Below are positions 47,699-57,749 of a stretch of 64,000 nucleotides of DNA, one piece after another. The stretch's first letter is position 1; each line of letters opens with the position of its first letter. Made by a program: the position numbers and the translations under genes. The notes under the pieces were generated by a model that was given only the letters and a program-made list of their open reading frames with translations, was not told the origin of the DNA and ran no database searches. The stretch is from Dehalococcoidia bacterium (GTDB lineage: Bacteria > Chloroflexota > Dehalococcoidia > UBA2979): the NCBI GenBank assembly GCA_965219085.1, contig OZ244720.1:1440001-1504000 (forward strand), in the 5' to 3' direction.

Positions 47699-49237
47699 AT
47701 GACCCCCCGCGAATCGCCGCCGCCCGAGCCGCTGCTCATCGAGGCGCGCGTGCTCGTGCCCGACGGCCCCTCGCTGCGCCACGCCCACGCTGCGCTCGCG
47801 TGCGCCGCCGGCAGCATCGTCGCCCTCGGCACGCTCGACGCCTGCGCGCGGGCGCTGCCCGGGACGCCTCGCCGCATCGTCGCGCCCGAGGCGTACGTGC
47901 TGCCCGGCTTCATCGACGCGCACGTCCACGTACTGGCTGCCGCGGCGGCCGAGGCGGGGGTCGACTGCTCGCCGCGCGCCGTGTCCAGCATCCCCGAGCT
48001 CCTGGGTGTCATCGCGCGCGCGGCGGCGGAGCGCCCGCCCGGGGCGTGGGTGCGTGCCCACGGCTACGAGGAGACGATGCTCGCCGAGCGCCGCCACCCG
48101 ACGCGCGCCGAGCTCGACGCGGCCGCGCCGCACCAACCCGTGCGGCTCACGCACCGCTCCGGGCACGCCGAGGTGCTGAACTCGCGTGCGCTCGCCCTCG
48201 TCGGCATCGACGAGTCGGTGCCGGAGCCGCCGGGCGCGGCCTTCGGGCGCTCGCTCGAGGACGGACGGCTCGACGGGCTGCTGCTCGGCATGGCCGAGCG
48301 CCTCGAGGCGGCCATGCCGCCGCCAAACCGCGCGGCAGTCGCTGTTGCCGTGGGTGCGTGGGCGCACGCACAACTCGCCGAGGGCGTGACGACTCTTGTC
48401 GACGCTGGGCCGCGTAACGGCCCCGCGGAGTGGGAAACGCTCGCCGCCCTCGCGTCCGGCGGCACGCTCCCGCAGCGGCTCGTGGTGATGGAGGGCGCCG
48501 ACTACCTCGGCGAGTTGCCCGAGCAGGCCATCGGCGGTCGCGTGCTGCGCGGCGAGGTGAAGCTGCAGCCGCGCGTGCTCGAAGGCGACGCCGTCAGCGT
48601 CAAGGCGCTCACGGACGTCGTGCGGCGGGCCACCGCTGTCGGCCGTCGAATCGCCGTGCACGCGCCGACGGTGGAGTCGGTGCAGGCCGCGCTCGACGCG
48701 TTCCGCGCGGCGGGCGACCCGCGCGGCCACCGGATCGAGCACGCGCCGCTGCTGCCGCGTGGACTCGTCGAGGAGATCGCGGAGGCTGGAATCGCCGTCG
48801 TCGCGCAGCCCGGACTGCTCGCCGAAGTGACGCCACGCTACGAACAGCTGCTCACGCCTGGGGAGCGCGAACGCCTCCACCCGTGGCGCGACTTGCTGGA
48901 CGCGGGCGCGCCGCTCGCGTTCTCATCGGATGCACCGGTGAGCCGGTCCGGGCCGCTCGCGGCGAGCGCCGCGGCGTCTACGGCGCGCCCGGCGACACTC
49001 GCGCCGGAGCAGGCGCTGCGACCGCTGGAGGCGCTGGCGGCGTGGACCTCGGGCGCGGCGGCGGTGTGTGGCCTGGACCGTCTCGGGCGGCTGGAGCCGG
49101 GGCAGGCCGCCGATCTCGTGCTGGTCGAGGGGCCGGTGGAGTCGGACCCCGGGGCGTGCCGGGTGCTGGCCACCGTAGTCGGGGGCGAGGTGGTGTACGC
49201 CGCGCCGGACATCGAGATGGACGCCCCTCCTGTTTGA
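47699..49237 (+). CDS. Amidohydrolase-3 (YtcJ-like) metallohydrolase
   Basis: PGFIDAHVH, AVHA, RIEHA, SSDAP, GQAADLV. Confidence 0.88.
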   Translation: MTPRESPPPEPLLIEARVLVPDGPSLRHAHAALACAAGSIVALGTLDACARALPGTPRRIVAPEAYVLPGFIDAHVHVLAAAAAEAGVDCSPRAVSSIPELLGVIARAAAERPPGAWVRAHGYEETMLAERRHPTRAELDAAAPHQPVRLTHRSGHAEVLNSRALALVGIDESVPEPPGAAFGRSLEDGRLDGLLLGMAERLEAAMPPPNRAAVAVAVGAWAHAQLAEGVTTLVDAGPRNGPAEWETLAALASGGTLPQRLVVMEGADYLGELPEQAIGGRVLRGEVKLQPRVLEGDAVSVKALTDVVRRATAVGRRIAVHAPTVESVQAALDAFRAAGDPRGHRIEHAPLLPRGLVEEIAEAGIAVVAQPGLLAEVTPRYEQLLTPGERERLHPWRDLLDAGAPLAFSSDAPVSRSGPLAASAAASTARPATLAPEQALRPLEALAAWTSGAAAVCGLDRLGRLEPGQAADLVLVEGPVESDPGACRVLATVVGGEVVYAAPDIEMDAPPV

Positions 49238-49355
49238 CGCCCCCGGCGTGGCGCACCTACGATTCAAGGCGTTCGTCCCGGTGGCCTGTGGGCAGGCGTG
49301 GGGCGGAGCCGCGGGACCATCCCGCGGGGACAGCTGTGAAGGGTCGGCACGACAC

Positions 49356-49562
49356 GTGACCGAGGTGTACGTCGGGGAGACGGAGTCGTTCGAGGCCGCG
49401 CTGAAGCGCTTCAACAAGCGCGTGCAGGCCGATGGGATCCTCTCCGAGGCGCGGCGGGCGGAGTATTACGAGAAGCCGTCCGTGCGCCGCAAGAAGAAAG
49501 AAGCCGCTCGTCTCCGCAAGCTGCGCAAGGCGATGCGGGCGCAGGCCAAGCAGCGACGCTAG
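49356..49562 (+). CDS. rpsU: 30S ribosomal protein S21
   Basis: ESFEAALKRF..YYEKPSVRRKKK; promoter TTGACG-N18-TACGAT at 49234-49263. Confidence 0.95.
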   Translation: MTEVYVGETESFEAALKRFNKRVQADGILSEARRAEYYEKPSVRRKKKEAARLRKLRKAMRAQAKQRR

Positions 49563-49582
49563 CGCGCCCGTCACGGGCGCGC
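49562..49582 (+). terminator. GC hairpin after rpsU
   Basis: GCGCGCCCG-TCA-CGGGCGCGC; no U-tract. Confidence 0.4.
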
Positions 49583-49668
49583 CGGGGCCTCGCTCCCGGG
49601 TCGGCATACGCGGCTGCCGCGCGCGAGTCGTCGCGCGCGCGTGACCAGGGACGGCAGGCGCTACACAG

Positions 49669-50121
49669 ATGCCCTCGATCGCGGACACCATCCGCGCGGA
49701 CATGACGGCAGCCATGCGCGCCCGCGACGCCGGGCGTCGCGACACGCTGCGGCTGCTCATCGCCGCACTCGACAACGCGCGTATCGCCGCCGGCCGCGAC
49801 CTCGACGACCAGGAGGCCGTCGTGGCCCTCCAGCGCGAGGCGCGCCAGCGCCGCGACTCCATCGCGGAGTACCAGAAGGGCGGCCGCGACGACCTCGCCA
49901 CGCGCGAGCAGGACGAGCTCGACATCATCAGTGGGTACCTTCCCGAGGAGTTGAGCGAGGATGAAGTCCGCACCGCTATCGACGAGGTGATCGCCGAGGT
50001 CGGCGCCAGCGGGCCGGGCGACCTCGGCAAGGTGATGGGTCCGGTGATGGGGCGGGTGCGCGGCCGCGCGGACGGACGCCGCGTGAACGAGCTCGTCCGG
50101 GAGCGGCTGGCGAGCGGTTGA
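49669..50121 (+). CDS. GatB/YqeY domain protein
   Basis: AAMRARD..TLRL..QRRDSI..YLPEELS..GKVMG..GRADG. Confidence 0.92.
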   Translation: MPSIADTIRADMTAAMRARDAGRRDTLRLLIAALDNARIAAGRDLDDQEAVVALQREARQRRDSIAEYQKGGRDDLATREQDELDIISGYLPEELSEDEVRTAIDEVIAEVGASGPGDLGKVMGPVMGRVRGRADGRRVNELVRERLASG

Positions 50122-50146
50122 CGGATCGCCGCCGTCGTAGACGTCC

Positions 50147-52342
50147 GTGTCGCTGAATCGCAACGCCGAGACGACCGTCTGGTACTCGCGCGCCACCGCC
50201 GTCGTGCTCGCCCTGGTCATCGCGGCGGCGCTCACCGCGCTGTTGTTCCCGTGGTATCCGGGCGGCACGAGGCTGCGCGAGGGCGAGGGGTCGCCTTTCA
50301 CCCTCGCCGCGCCGCGCTCCATCTCATACGAATCCGACGTGCTGACCGAGGAGGCGCGCGAGGCCGCTGCGTCGGCGGTACCGGTAAAGCTCGTATTCGA
50401 TCTGTCGATCTTCCGCCGCCAGCTCGGCGAACTCGATCAGCAACTGCTCCAGATCCAGCAAGCGCGGCTGGCGACGCTTGGCGATGCCGAGCGCGAGTCG
50501 CGCATTCGCGCGGCCACCGCCGGCGCGCTCACGCAGCGGGCGATAGACTCGTTCGCCGCTGCCTCGGACGCTGAGTTCGGGGCCCTAGCCGACGAAGCGC
50601 GGATCGTGCTCGAAGCCGTCCTCGGCGGCCCGGACGTGACCGCCGAGGAGGTCGAGGAGGCGCAGCGCGGCGTCGCTTCGCGGTTCTCGGAGACGTTGAC
50701 CGCCGATGAGCTGGTCGCGCTGACCGAACTGCTCTCGCCCCTCATCGTCGCGAACGTCGTCGTCGACCCGGAGGAAACGACAGCCGCGCGCGACGTGGCG
50801 CGCAGCCGCGTCGCGGCGGTGCGCGTCACGCGCGAGCGCGGCCAGGTCCTGGTCGAGGAGGGCCGCGAGCTGACGGCCGCCGACCTGGAGATGCTCCGCC
50901 AGGCCGAATTGCACACCGCCGGTGTCGAGGTGCGCGCGGTCGCCGCGGCTGTGATCATGGCGCTGATCGCAGGCGCCGCGTGCGGGGCATACCTCTACGT
51001 GGTTCGGCCCGCCGCGCTGATCGGCGTGCGGCGGCTGACGCTGTTCACGCTGCTGCTGCTCCTCCCCGCGGTGTCCTTGAAGTTCGCGATGCCGCTGCTG
51101 CTGCCGGACATCGAGCGGCACTTCCTCGTCTACGCCATCCCGGTGGCCGCCGCGCCGATGGCGGCGGCGGTGCTGCTCGACCTCGGCGTCGCGATGCTGA
51201 TGACGCTGCTGCTCACCGCCGTGGCGTCGTTCGTGTCGATCTCACTGCCGTTCGCCGACGCGGCTGGTGGTGGGCAGCTCGAAACGGCGAGGATCTGGCT
51301 CGCTGTCACCTCCGGGTCGCTCGCCGGCGTCTTCGTCGCGTCGCGCGCGCTGCACGTGAACCGATACCTCGTGGCCGGGCTGGCGACGGGCGGTGCGGTG
51401 ATCGCCTCGCTGGTCTCGATCTGGCTGCTGGACGCCGATCGCCAGATTGCGGACCTCGCGTGGATCGTGGCCGGCGGCGCGGTCAGCGGGCTGGCGTCCG
51501 CGCTGATCGGCGTGGGCTTCTTCCTGTTGCTGAGCCGGCCGTTCGGCATCATCACGCGCGTCGAGCTGATGGAGCTCGCGCAGTTCGGGCACCCGCTGCT
51601 GCGGCGCCTGCAGGACGAGGCGCCCGGCACCTTCCAGCACTCGGTGCTCGTCAGCAACATGGCCGAGCGCGCCGCGGACCGCATCGGCGCGGACCCGCTG
51701 CTCGTGCGCGTGGGCGCCTACTACCACGACGTCGGCAAGCTCACCGCGCCGGAGTTCTTCATCGAGAACCAGTCCGCCGGCGAGGACCCGCACGCCACGC
51801 TGGACCCGCTGCAGAGCACGCGGATGATCCAGCAGCACGTGGCGGCCGGTGTCGACCTCGCGCGCCGCGGGGGCGTTCCCGCGGCCGTGGCGCAGTTCAT
51901 CCCGCAGCATCACGGCACGCGCCGCGTGCAGTTCTTCTACCGTCGCGCCGCCGCCGAGGACCCCTCGATCGACCCGGAGATCTTCCGCTACCCCGGACCT
52001 CGGCCGCAGTCACGCGAGGCGGCGATCATCATGCTTGCCGACTCCAGCGAGGCTGCCGTGCGCGCCAGCGACGATCGCACGGTCGGAGCCATCAGCACGA
52101 TCGTGAACGAGATCGTGCGCGAACGCATCGAGGAGGACCAGTTCGCGGAGTGCGACATCTCGTTGCGCGACCTGCGCATCGTCGCGGACTCGTTCGTGCA
52201 GACGCTCAACGCCGTCTACCACCCTCGCGTCGCCTACCCCGACCCGACGGAGCACGAGCTCGAGGAGCGCGAGACCGGCGGCATGGGCGAGCCCCTCACC
52301 CACGACGGCGCCGCGCAAGAGCCCTCGCAGCCGGAGGACTAG
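50147..52342 (+). CDS. 7TM-HD phosphohydrolase (PgpH-like)
   Basis: Multi-TM region; APGTFQHS, YYHDVGK, FFIENQ, QHHGT, RYPGPRP, MLAD. Confidence 0.9.
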   Translation: MSLNRNAETTVWYSRATAVVLALVIAAALTALLFPWYPGGTRLREGEGSPFTLAAPRSISYESDVLTEEAREAAASAVPVKLVFDLSIFRRQLGELDQQLLQIQQARLATLGDAERESRIRAATAGALTQRAIDSFAAASDAEFGALADEARIVLEAVLGGPDVTAEEVEEAQRGVASRFSETLTADELVALTELLSPLIVANVVVDPEETTAARDVARSRVAAVRVTRERGQVLVEEGRELTAADLEMLRQAELHTAGVEVRAVAAAVIMALIAGAACGAYLYVVRPAALIGVRRLTLFTLLLLLPAVSLKFAMPLLLPDIERHFLVYAIPVAAAPMAAAVLLDLGVAMLMTLLLTAVASFVSISLPFADAAGGGQLETARIWLAVTSGSLAGVFVASRALHVNRYLVAGLATGGAVIASLVSIWLLDADRQIADLAWIVAGGAVSGLASALIGVGFFLLLSRPFGIITRVELMELAQFGHPLLRRLQDEAPGTFQHSVLVSNMAERAADRIGADPLLVRVGAYYHDVGKLTAPEFFIENQSAGEDPHATLDPLQSTRMIQQHVAAGVDLARRGGVPAAVAQFIPQHHGTRRVQFFYRRAAAEDPSIDPEIFRYPGPRPQSREAAIIMLADSSEAAVRASDDRTVGAISTIVNEIVRERIEEDQFAECDISLRDLRIVADSFVQTLNAVYHPRVAYPDPTEHELEERETGGMGEPLTHDGAAQEPSQPED

Positions 52343-53055
52343 TTGCCCACATTCGTGGCCCGCTGCGAGTGGGCCGGTGACGACCCCCTCATGCAGCAGT
52401 ACCACGACGACGAGTGGGGTGTCCCTCTGCACGAGGACCGCGCGCTGTTCGAGTTGCTCATCCTCGAGGGGGCCCAGGCTGGACTTTCCTGGCGCACCGT
52501 CCTGCACAGGCGCGAGGGCTACCGAGCGGCCTTCGACGGCTTCGATATCGCGACCGTCGCCGCCTACGGCGATGCCGACCGCGACCGGCTCCGCGCTGAC
52601 GCCCGCATCATCCGCAACCGCGCCAAGATCGACGCCGCCATCGCCAACGCACAGGCGACGCTCGTCGTGCAGGCCGAGCACGGCTCCCTCGACGCCTTCC
52701 TCTGGTCCTTCGTGGGCGGCAAACCCCACCGCAACGCTTTGCCCGCTCTCGCCGACCTTCCCGCGCAGACCGAGGAGTCGGACGCCATGAGCAAGGCGCT
52801 GAAGGGATACGGATTCTCCTTCGTGGGACCCACCATCTGCTACGCCTTCATGCAGTCCGCGGGCCTCGTGAACGATCACGTCACGAACTGCTTCCGCTAC
52901 GGGCAGGTGGAGAGCGCCTAGGCTGTCCTATCACCGAGTCGAGGCGACAGGTGTCGGCCTTCTGAAATAGGGGCCAGGCGGCCTCGATCTCGTTCGGCCA
53001 CATCGAGGCGGGAACGTTCCGGGGGACCAGCGCGACCTCGCAGCCCGAGGACTAG
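52323..53055 (+). repeat. 20-bp direct repeat of the HD-gene 3' end flanking tag
   Basis: CCTCGCAGCCGGAGGACTAG (52323-52342) versus CCTCGCAGCCCGAGGACTAG (53036-53055), 19/20. Confidence 0.8.
52343..52921 (+). CDS. tag: DNA-3-methyladenine glycosylase I
   Basis: RCEW, YHDDEWG, LEGAQAGLSW, IIRNRAKI, FVGPTI, NDHVTNC. Confidence 0.95.
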   Translation: MPTFVARCEWAGDDPLMQQYHDDEWGVPLHEDRALFELLILEGAQAGLSWRTVLHRREGYRAAFDGFDIATVAAYGDADRDRLRADARIIRNRAKIDAAIANAQATLVVQAEHGSLDAFLWSFVGGKPHRNALPALADLPAQTEESDAMSKALKGYGFSFVGPTICYAFMQSAGLVNDHVTNCFRYGQVESA

Positions 53056-53111
53056 CGCCACCGCTTCCCGGCCGACGTTCGGACAGCCCGGACGTGCCGT
53101 ATCATCGGTGC

Positions 53112-53816
53112 ATGCGAGCTGCGATCGTGGTTTTCCCGGGCACGTGGAGCGACGGCGACTGCGTGTTCGCCCTCGAACGCCTCGGCGTCGCGTCGCGGCG
53201 CGTGTGGCACCGCGAAACCGACCTCCGCGACGCCGACCTTGTGGTGCTGCCGGGCGGCTTTTCGTACGGCGACTACCTGCGCTGCGGCGCCATCGCCCGC
53301 TTCTCGCCCGTGATGCAGGCGGTGCGCGCGCACGCCGAGGCGGGCGGGCTCGTGATCGGCATCTGCAACGGCTTCCAGATCCTGTGCGAGGCCGGGCTGC
53401 TGCCCGGCATCCTCATGCGCAACGCCTCGCTGCAGTTCCGCTGCCAGCCCACCCACCTCGTGGCCGCCGAGCACCTCTCGCCGTTCACCGCGGGCATCGA
53501 GCCCGGCCGCGTGCTGCAGGTGCCGATCTCCCACGGCGAGGGCAACTACTTCGCCGATGCCGCGACCCTTGAGGCGATCGAGGCGGAGCAGCGCGTCGCG
53601 TTCCGCTACTGCACAGCCGACGGCGCGGTGACGGCCGAGGCGAACCCCAACGGCTCGGTCGCGAACATCGCGGGCGTGCTCAACGAGCGCCGCAACGTGC
53701 TCGGTATGATGCCGCACCCGGAGCGCGCCTCCGCCGCGCTGCTCGGCGGCGAGGACGGCAACGCGATCTGGCAGTCCGCGCTGGCAAGCCTCGAAGCGAA
53801 GGTCTCGGCGGCCTGA
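53112..53816 (+). CDS. purQ: FGAM synthase glutaminase subunit
   Basis: VFPGT, PGGFSYGDYLR, GICNGFQ, NPNGS, MMPHPER. Confidence 0.96.
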   Translation: MRAAIVVFPGTWSDGDCVFALERLGVASRRVWHRETDLRDADLVVLPGGFSYGDYLRCGAIARFSPVMQAVRAHAEAGGLVIGICNGFQILCEAGLLPGILMRNASLQFRCQPTHLVAAEHLSPFTAGIEPGRVLQVPISHGEGNYFADAATLEAIEAEQRVAFRYCTADGAVTAEANPNGSVANIAGVLNERRNVLGMMPHPERASAALLGGEDGNAIWQSALASLEAKVSAA

Positions 53817-53856
53817 CCAGCGCTCGCGAACGCTCCCACCGGGAAGGAGGCGCGTC

Positions 53857-54511
53857 GTGAGCGCCGATTACATAGACCAGTCTGGTGCGCGCTACCCCGC
53901 GCGGCTCGACATCGACTACCCGGAGGAGGGGCTGAACCGCGTCACGACGCTGTTTCGCATCATCATGCTGATCCCGGTCGGCATCGTGATTAACTTGCTG
54001 AGCAGTGGTTTACGGGAACATATACGAGGTCGGCGACGCCACCTGGATCGTGATCTCCTCAGGTGGCTTCCTCTTCGGCCCGACGCTGCTGATGTTGCTG
54101 TTCCGCCGCAAGTACCCGCGTTGGTGGTTCGACTGGAACCTCGAGCTCATGCGCTTCTCGACGCGTGTCTTCGCGTACTTCCTGCTGATGCGCGACGAGT
54201 ACCCCTCGACCGACGAGGAGCAGGCGGTCCACCTCGAGCTCGACTACCCCGAAGCCGAGCGCGACCTGAACCGCTGGCTGCCGCTGGTGAAGTGGCTGCT
54301 GGCGATCCCGCACTACATCGTGCTGACGCTCCTCGGGGTCATCGCGATGCTGCTGCTGGTGGTCGCGTGGTTCGCGATCGTGTTCACGGGGCGCTACCCG
54401 CGCGGGATATTCCGCTTCATGCTGGGCGTGAACCGCTGGTCGCTGCGCGTGGCGGCCTACATGTGGCTGCTCACCACCGACCGCTACCCGCCCTTCAGCT
54501 TCGAGGAGTAG
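53857..54511 (+). pseudogene. DUF4389-like membrane protein with a +1 frameshift near 54005-54012
   Basis: N-part YPARLDIDYPEEGLNR in one frame; KYPRWWFD..DEYP..NRWLPLVKWLLAIPHY..DRYPPF in the next. Confidence 0.7.
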
Positions 54512-54581
54512 GGTAGGGACGCAGGCGCCGCCAGCCGGTCACCACCCCTGCCGGCGCCGCGAGCCACGGCAGGAGTGCGCA

Positions 54582-55157
54582 ATGGCGGCCGACATGAGCG
54601 ACTACCCGGTCACGTTCGATGTCGCATACCCGGAGTCGCCGAGCCGCTGGCTCATCCTCGTGCGGTGGTTACTGGCGATCCCGCACCTGGTGGTGCTGTA
54701 CTTCCTCAGCCTCATCGCCGCGCTGGTGTGGGTCGTCTCGTTCTTCACGATTCTCGTTGCCGGGACGTACCCGGACAGCCTCTACCGCTTCATGGTGGGC
54801 GTGACTCGCTGGAGTCTGAACGTCAACGCCTACGTCCTGTTCCTCGACCGCTATCCGCCGTTCAGCATGGACGCCACCGACTACGAGGAGGTCACGTTCA
54901 CGGTCGAAAAGCCGGACTTCAACCGCTGGCTCGTGCTCGTGAAGTGGCTGCTCGTGATCCCGCACCTGATCGTGCTTACGGTGCTCGGCGTCATTGCCCT
55001 CGTCGCCGCCCTCCTGCTCGCGATCGGCGTGCTGGTGATGGGGCGGTACCCGCGCGGGCTGTTCGACTTCCTCGTCGGCGTCGGGCGCTGGGAGGCACGG
55101 GCGAACGCCTACATGACGTTCCTCGTCGACGCCTACCCGCCGTTCTCGCTGCGATAG
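54582..55157 (+). CDS. DUF4389-like membrane protein (internal duplication)
   Basis: Repeated RWL..LAIPH..G.YP..YPPFS units. Confidence 0.85.
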   Translation: MAADMSDYPVTFDVAYPESPSRWLILVRWLLAIPHLVVLYFLSLIAALVWVVSFFTILVAGTYPDSLYRFMVGVTRWSLNVNAYVLFLDRYPPFSMDATDYEEVTFTVEKPDFNRWLVLVKWLLVIPHLIVLTVLGVIALVAALLLAIGVLVMGRYPRGLFDFLVGVGRWEARANAYMTFLVDAYPPFSLR

Positions 55158-55197
55158 CGGTTCTGGCTCGAATGGCTGCGCGGCCGGGACACCGACG

Positions 55198-55431
55198 TTC
55201 GACACACTGAAGGCGTTCCGCCGGTTGCGTGAGGCCGGCTTCGATGAAGCTCAGGCCGAGGCGATTGTGCGAGTCGCTGCTGATCGCTCGGCGGCGCGGA
55301 ACCGTGCCGAGGGCTACGCATCGTCACGCGTCGACGAACGAGAGGGCCGCTGGGATCCGACGCCCTGGTTCGCGCTCTTCATCGCTGCGTGTACGAGCAT
55401 CATCATCTCTGCGATCGTCATCTTCGACTGA
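55198..55431 (+). CDS. DUF1640-like small protein; start uncertain or frameshifted
   Basis: FDTLKAFRRLREAGFDEAQAEAIV plus a C-terminal TM; the nearest ATG (55172) is out of frame. Confidence 0.6.
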   Translation, partial: FDTLKAFRRLREAGFDEAQAEAIVRVAADRSAARNRAEGYASSRVDEREGRWDPTPWFALFIAACTSIIISAIVIFD

Positions 55432-55482
55432 CGTCGCGCCGCGCTCTTCCCCCTCCGCCCCGTCTCCGCGAAGCTAGCGGCG

Positions 55483-57696
55483 ATGCCCGTCGACGACACC
55501 ACCCTCGAACGCATCGCGCTCTCCCGCGCCGAGTACGAGCGGCTCGTCGGCATGCTCGACCGCGAGCCCAACGAACTCGAACTCGGCATGGCGGCGGCGC
55601 TCTGGTCCGAGCACTGTGGCTACAAGCACACCCGCCCGCTGTTCCGCCACTTCCCCACCACCGGCCCGCGCGTCCTCACCGAAGCCGGCGCCGAGAACGC
55701 CGGCGCGATCGACCTCGGCGACGGCTGGTGCGCCGTCTTCAAGATGGAGTCCCACAACCACCCCTCGGCGATCGAGCCCTACGAGGGCGCCGCGACGGGC
55801 GTGGGCGGCATCCTGCGCGACATCTTCGCGATGGGCATGCGCCCCGTGGCCCTGCTCGACTCGCTGCGCTTCGGGCCGCTCGACGAGGCGCGCAACCGGC
55901 ACCTGTTCTCGGGCGTCGTCGCCGGCATCGGCGGCTACGGCAACTGCGTCGGCGTGCCCACCGTCGGCGGTGAGGTGCAGTTCGACCCCGCCTACGGCGG
56001 CAACCCGCTCGTCAACGCCATGTGCCTGGGCGTCGGGCGCATCGAGCACCTCCTCTCCGCCTCGGCCCGCGGTCCCGGTAACCCGCTCGTGCTCGTCGGC
56101 GCCGACACCGGCCGCGACGGCATCCACGGCGCGACCTTCGCCTCCGTCGAGCTCGACGACGCCTCCGAGGAGCGCCGCCCCGCCGTCCAGGTCGGCAACC
56201 CGTTCATGGAGAAGCTGCTGCTCGAGGCCTGCGTCGAGCTGGCCGAGCATCACGGCGACTGGGTCGAGGGCCTGCAAGACCTCGGCGCAGCCGGGCTCAC
56301 GTCGAGCGCCGTCGAGGCGGCCGCGCGCGCGGGCACCGGCATCGAGATCGACGTGGCGCGCGTGCCGCGCCGCGAGGCGCACATGACGCCCGACGAGGTC
56401 ATGCTCTCCGAGTCGCAGGAGCGGATGCTGGTCATCCCGAAGCGTGAGCACCTCGACGACGTGCTCGCGCTGTTCCGCCGCTGGGAGTTGCACGCCGACG
56501 TCGTCGGCGAGGTCACCGACGACGGCTACGCCACCATCCGCGACGGTGAGACCATCGCCGCGCGCATCCCCGTCGCCGTGCTCACCGACCCGCCGCAGTA
56601 CGAGCTCGACACCGAGCGCCCGCCGGACCTCGACCGCCGCCAGGCGGAGGACCTGAGCGCGCTGCCGGACTGCGAGGACCCCACTGGCGAGCTGCTCGCC
56701 CTGCTCGGCTCCCAGAACATCGCGAGCCGGCGCTGGATCTACCGCCAGTACGACCACGAGGTGCTGACCGGCACCGTCGTGCCGCCGGGCGGCGACGCCG
56801 CGCTGATCTGGCTCAAGGGCACCGACCGCGCCCTCGCCGTCGCCACCGACTGCAACGGCCGGCTCGTCGAGCTCGAGCCGCGCACAGGCGCCGCCTGCGC
56901 GGTCGCCGAGGCGGCGCGCAACGTCGTCGCCGTGGGCGCGACGCCGCTGGCGGTGACGGACTGCCTCAACTTCGGCAACCCGGAGCGCCCGGGCATCGCC
57001 TACCAGATCGAGCAGGCAATCCTCGGGCTATCGGACGCCTGCCGCGCCTTCGCGACGCCCGTGGTCTCGGGCAACGCCTCGCTCTACAACGAGACGCCGG
57101 CCGGCGCCGTGCTCCCGACGCCGACCGTCGGGATGCTCGGGGTCCTCGACGATGTCGAGCGCCGCCTCACGACCGCGATCGGCGCGGGCGACGAGGTGCT
57201 CCTGCTCGGCGCGCCGCTCGCGCAGCCCGCCGGGGCGCTCGCCGGCTCCGAGTACCTCGCGACGCACCACGGCCGCGTCGCCGGCGCCCCGGCGATCGAC
57301 CTCGACCTCGAAGCACGCGTGCAGCACCTCGTGCTCGACGCCAACGCGCGCGGACTGCTGACCGCAGCCCACGATCTGGCGGACGGCGGCCTTGCCGTTG
57401 CGCTCGCAGAGTGCTGCCTCGCCGGCGACGTGGGCCTCGACGCGCGGGACGCCGACCTCAGCACACGCCTCGACGCGGCGCTGTTCGGGGAGGCGCAATC
57501 GCGCTTCGTCGTCGCGGTCCCGGACACCGAGGCCCGTAGCGCCCTCGAGGCGCTCGCCGCCGAGGCTGGCGTCGAGGTGGTCGGGATCGGCATGGCGCAG
57601 GGTGATCGGCTGCAGCTCGGGCCCGTCGACGCGTCGGTGGGGGCGTTGCGGGAGGCGTACGAGGGTGGGTTGCCGCGGGCGCTGGAGGCGGGGTAG
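55483..57696 (+). CDS. purL: FGAM synthase synthetase subunit
   Basis: WSEHCGYK, ESHNHPS, GAATGVGG, DLGAAG, SESQERM, LNFGNP, SGNASLYN. Confidence 0.96.
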   Translation: MPVDDTTLERIALSRAEYERLVGMLDREPNELELGMAAALWSEHCGYKHTRPLFRHFPTTGPRVLTEAGAENAGAIDLGDGWCAVFKMESHNHPSAIEPYEGAATGVGGILRDIFAMGMRPVALLDSLRFGPLDEARNRHLFSGVVAGIGGYGNCVGVPTVGGEVQFDPAYGGNPLVNAMCLGVGRIEHLLSASARGPGNPLVLVGADTGRDGIHGATFASVELDDASEERRPAVQVGNPFMEKLLLEACVELAEHHGDWVEGLQDLGAAGLTSSAVEAAARAGTGIEIDVARVPRREAHMTPDEVMLSESQERMLVIPKREHLDDVLALFRRWELHADVVGEVTDDGYATIRDGETIAARIPVAVLTDPPQYELDTERPPDLDRRQAEDLSALPDCEDPTGELLALLGSQNIASRRWIYRQYDHEVLTGTVVPPGGDAALIWLKGTDRALAVATDCNGRLVELEPRTGAACAVAEAARNVVAVGATPLAVTDCLNFGNPERPGIAYQIEQAILGLSDACRAFATPVVSGNASLYNETPAGAVLPTPTVGMLGVLDDVERRLTTAIGAGDEVLLLGAPLAQPAGALAGSEYLATHHGRVAGAPAIDLDLEARVQHLVLDANARGLLTAAHDLADGGLAVALAECCLAGDVGLDARDADLSTRLDAALFGEAQSRFVVAVPDTEARSALEALAAEAGVEVVGIGMAQGDRLQLGPVDASVGALREAYEGGLPRALEAG

Positions 57697-57749
57697 CCGA
57701 CACGCGTTCGGCCTGCCGCCGGGGTGGTACCCTTCTGAGGGGAGCACAC

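Noticed and set aside
49311-49325. GCGGGACCATCCCGC as a member of the palindrome family
   Set aside because: Different stem and loop; more likely an rpsU leader hairpin
52922-53111. purS expected upstream of purQ
   Set aside because: No PurS-like ORF recognised in any frame
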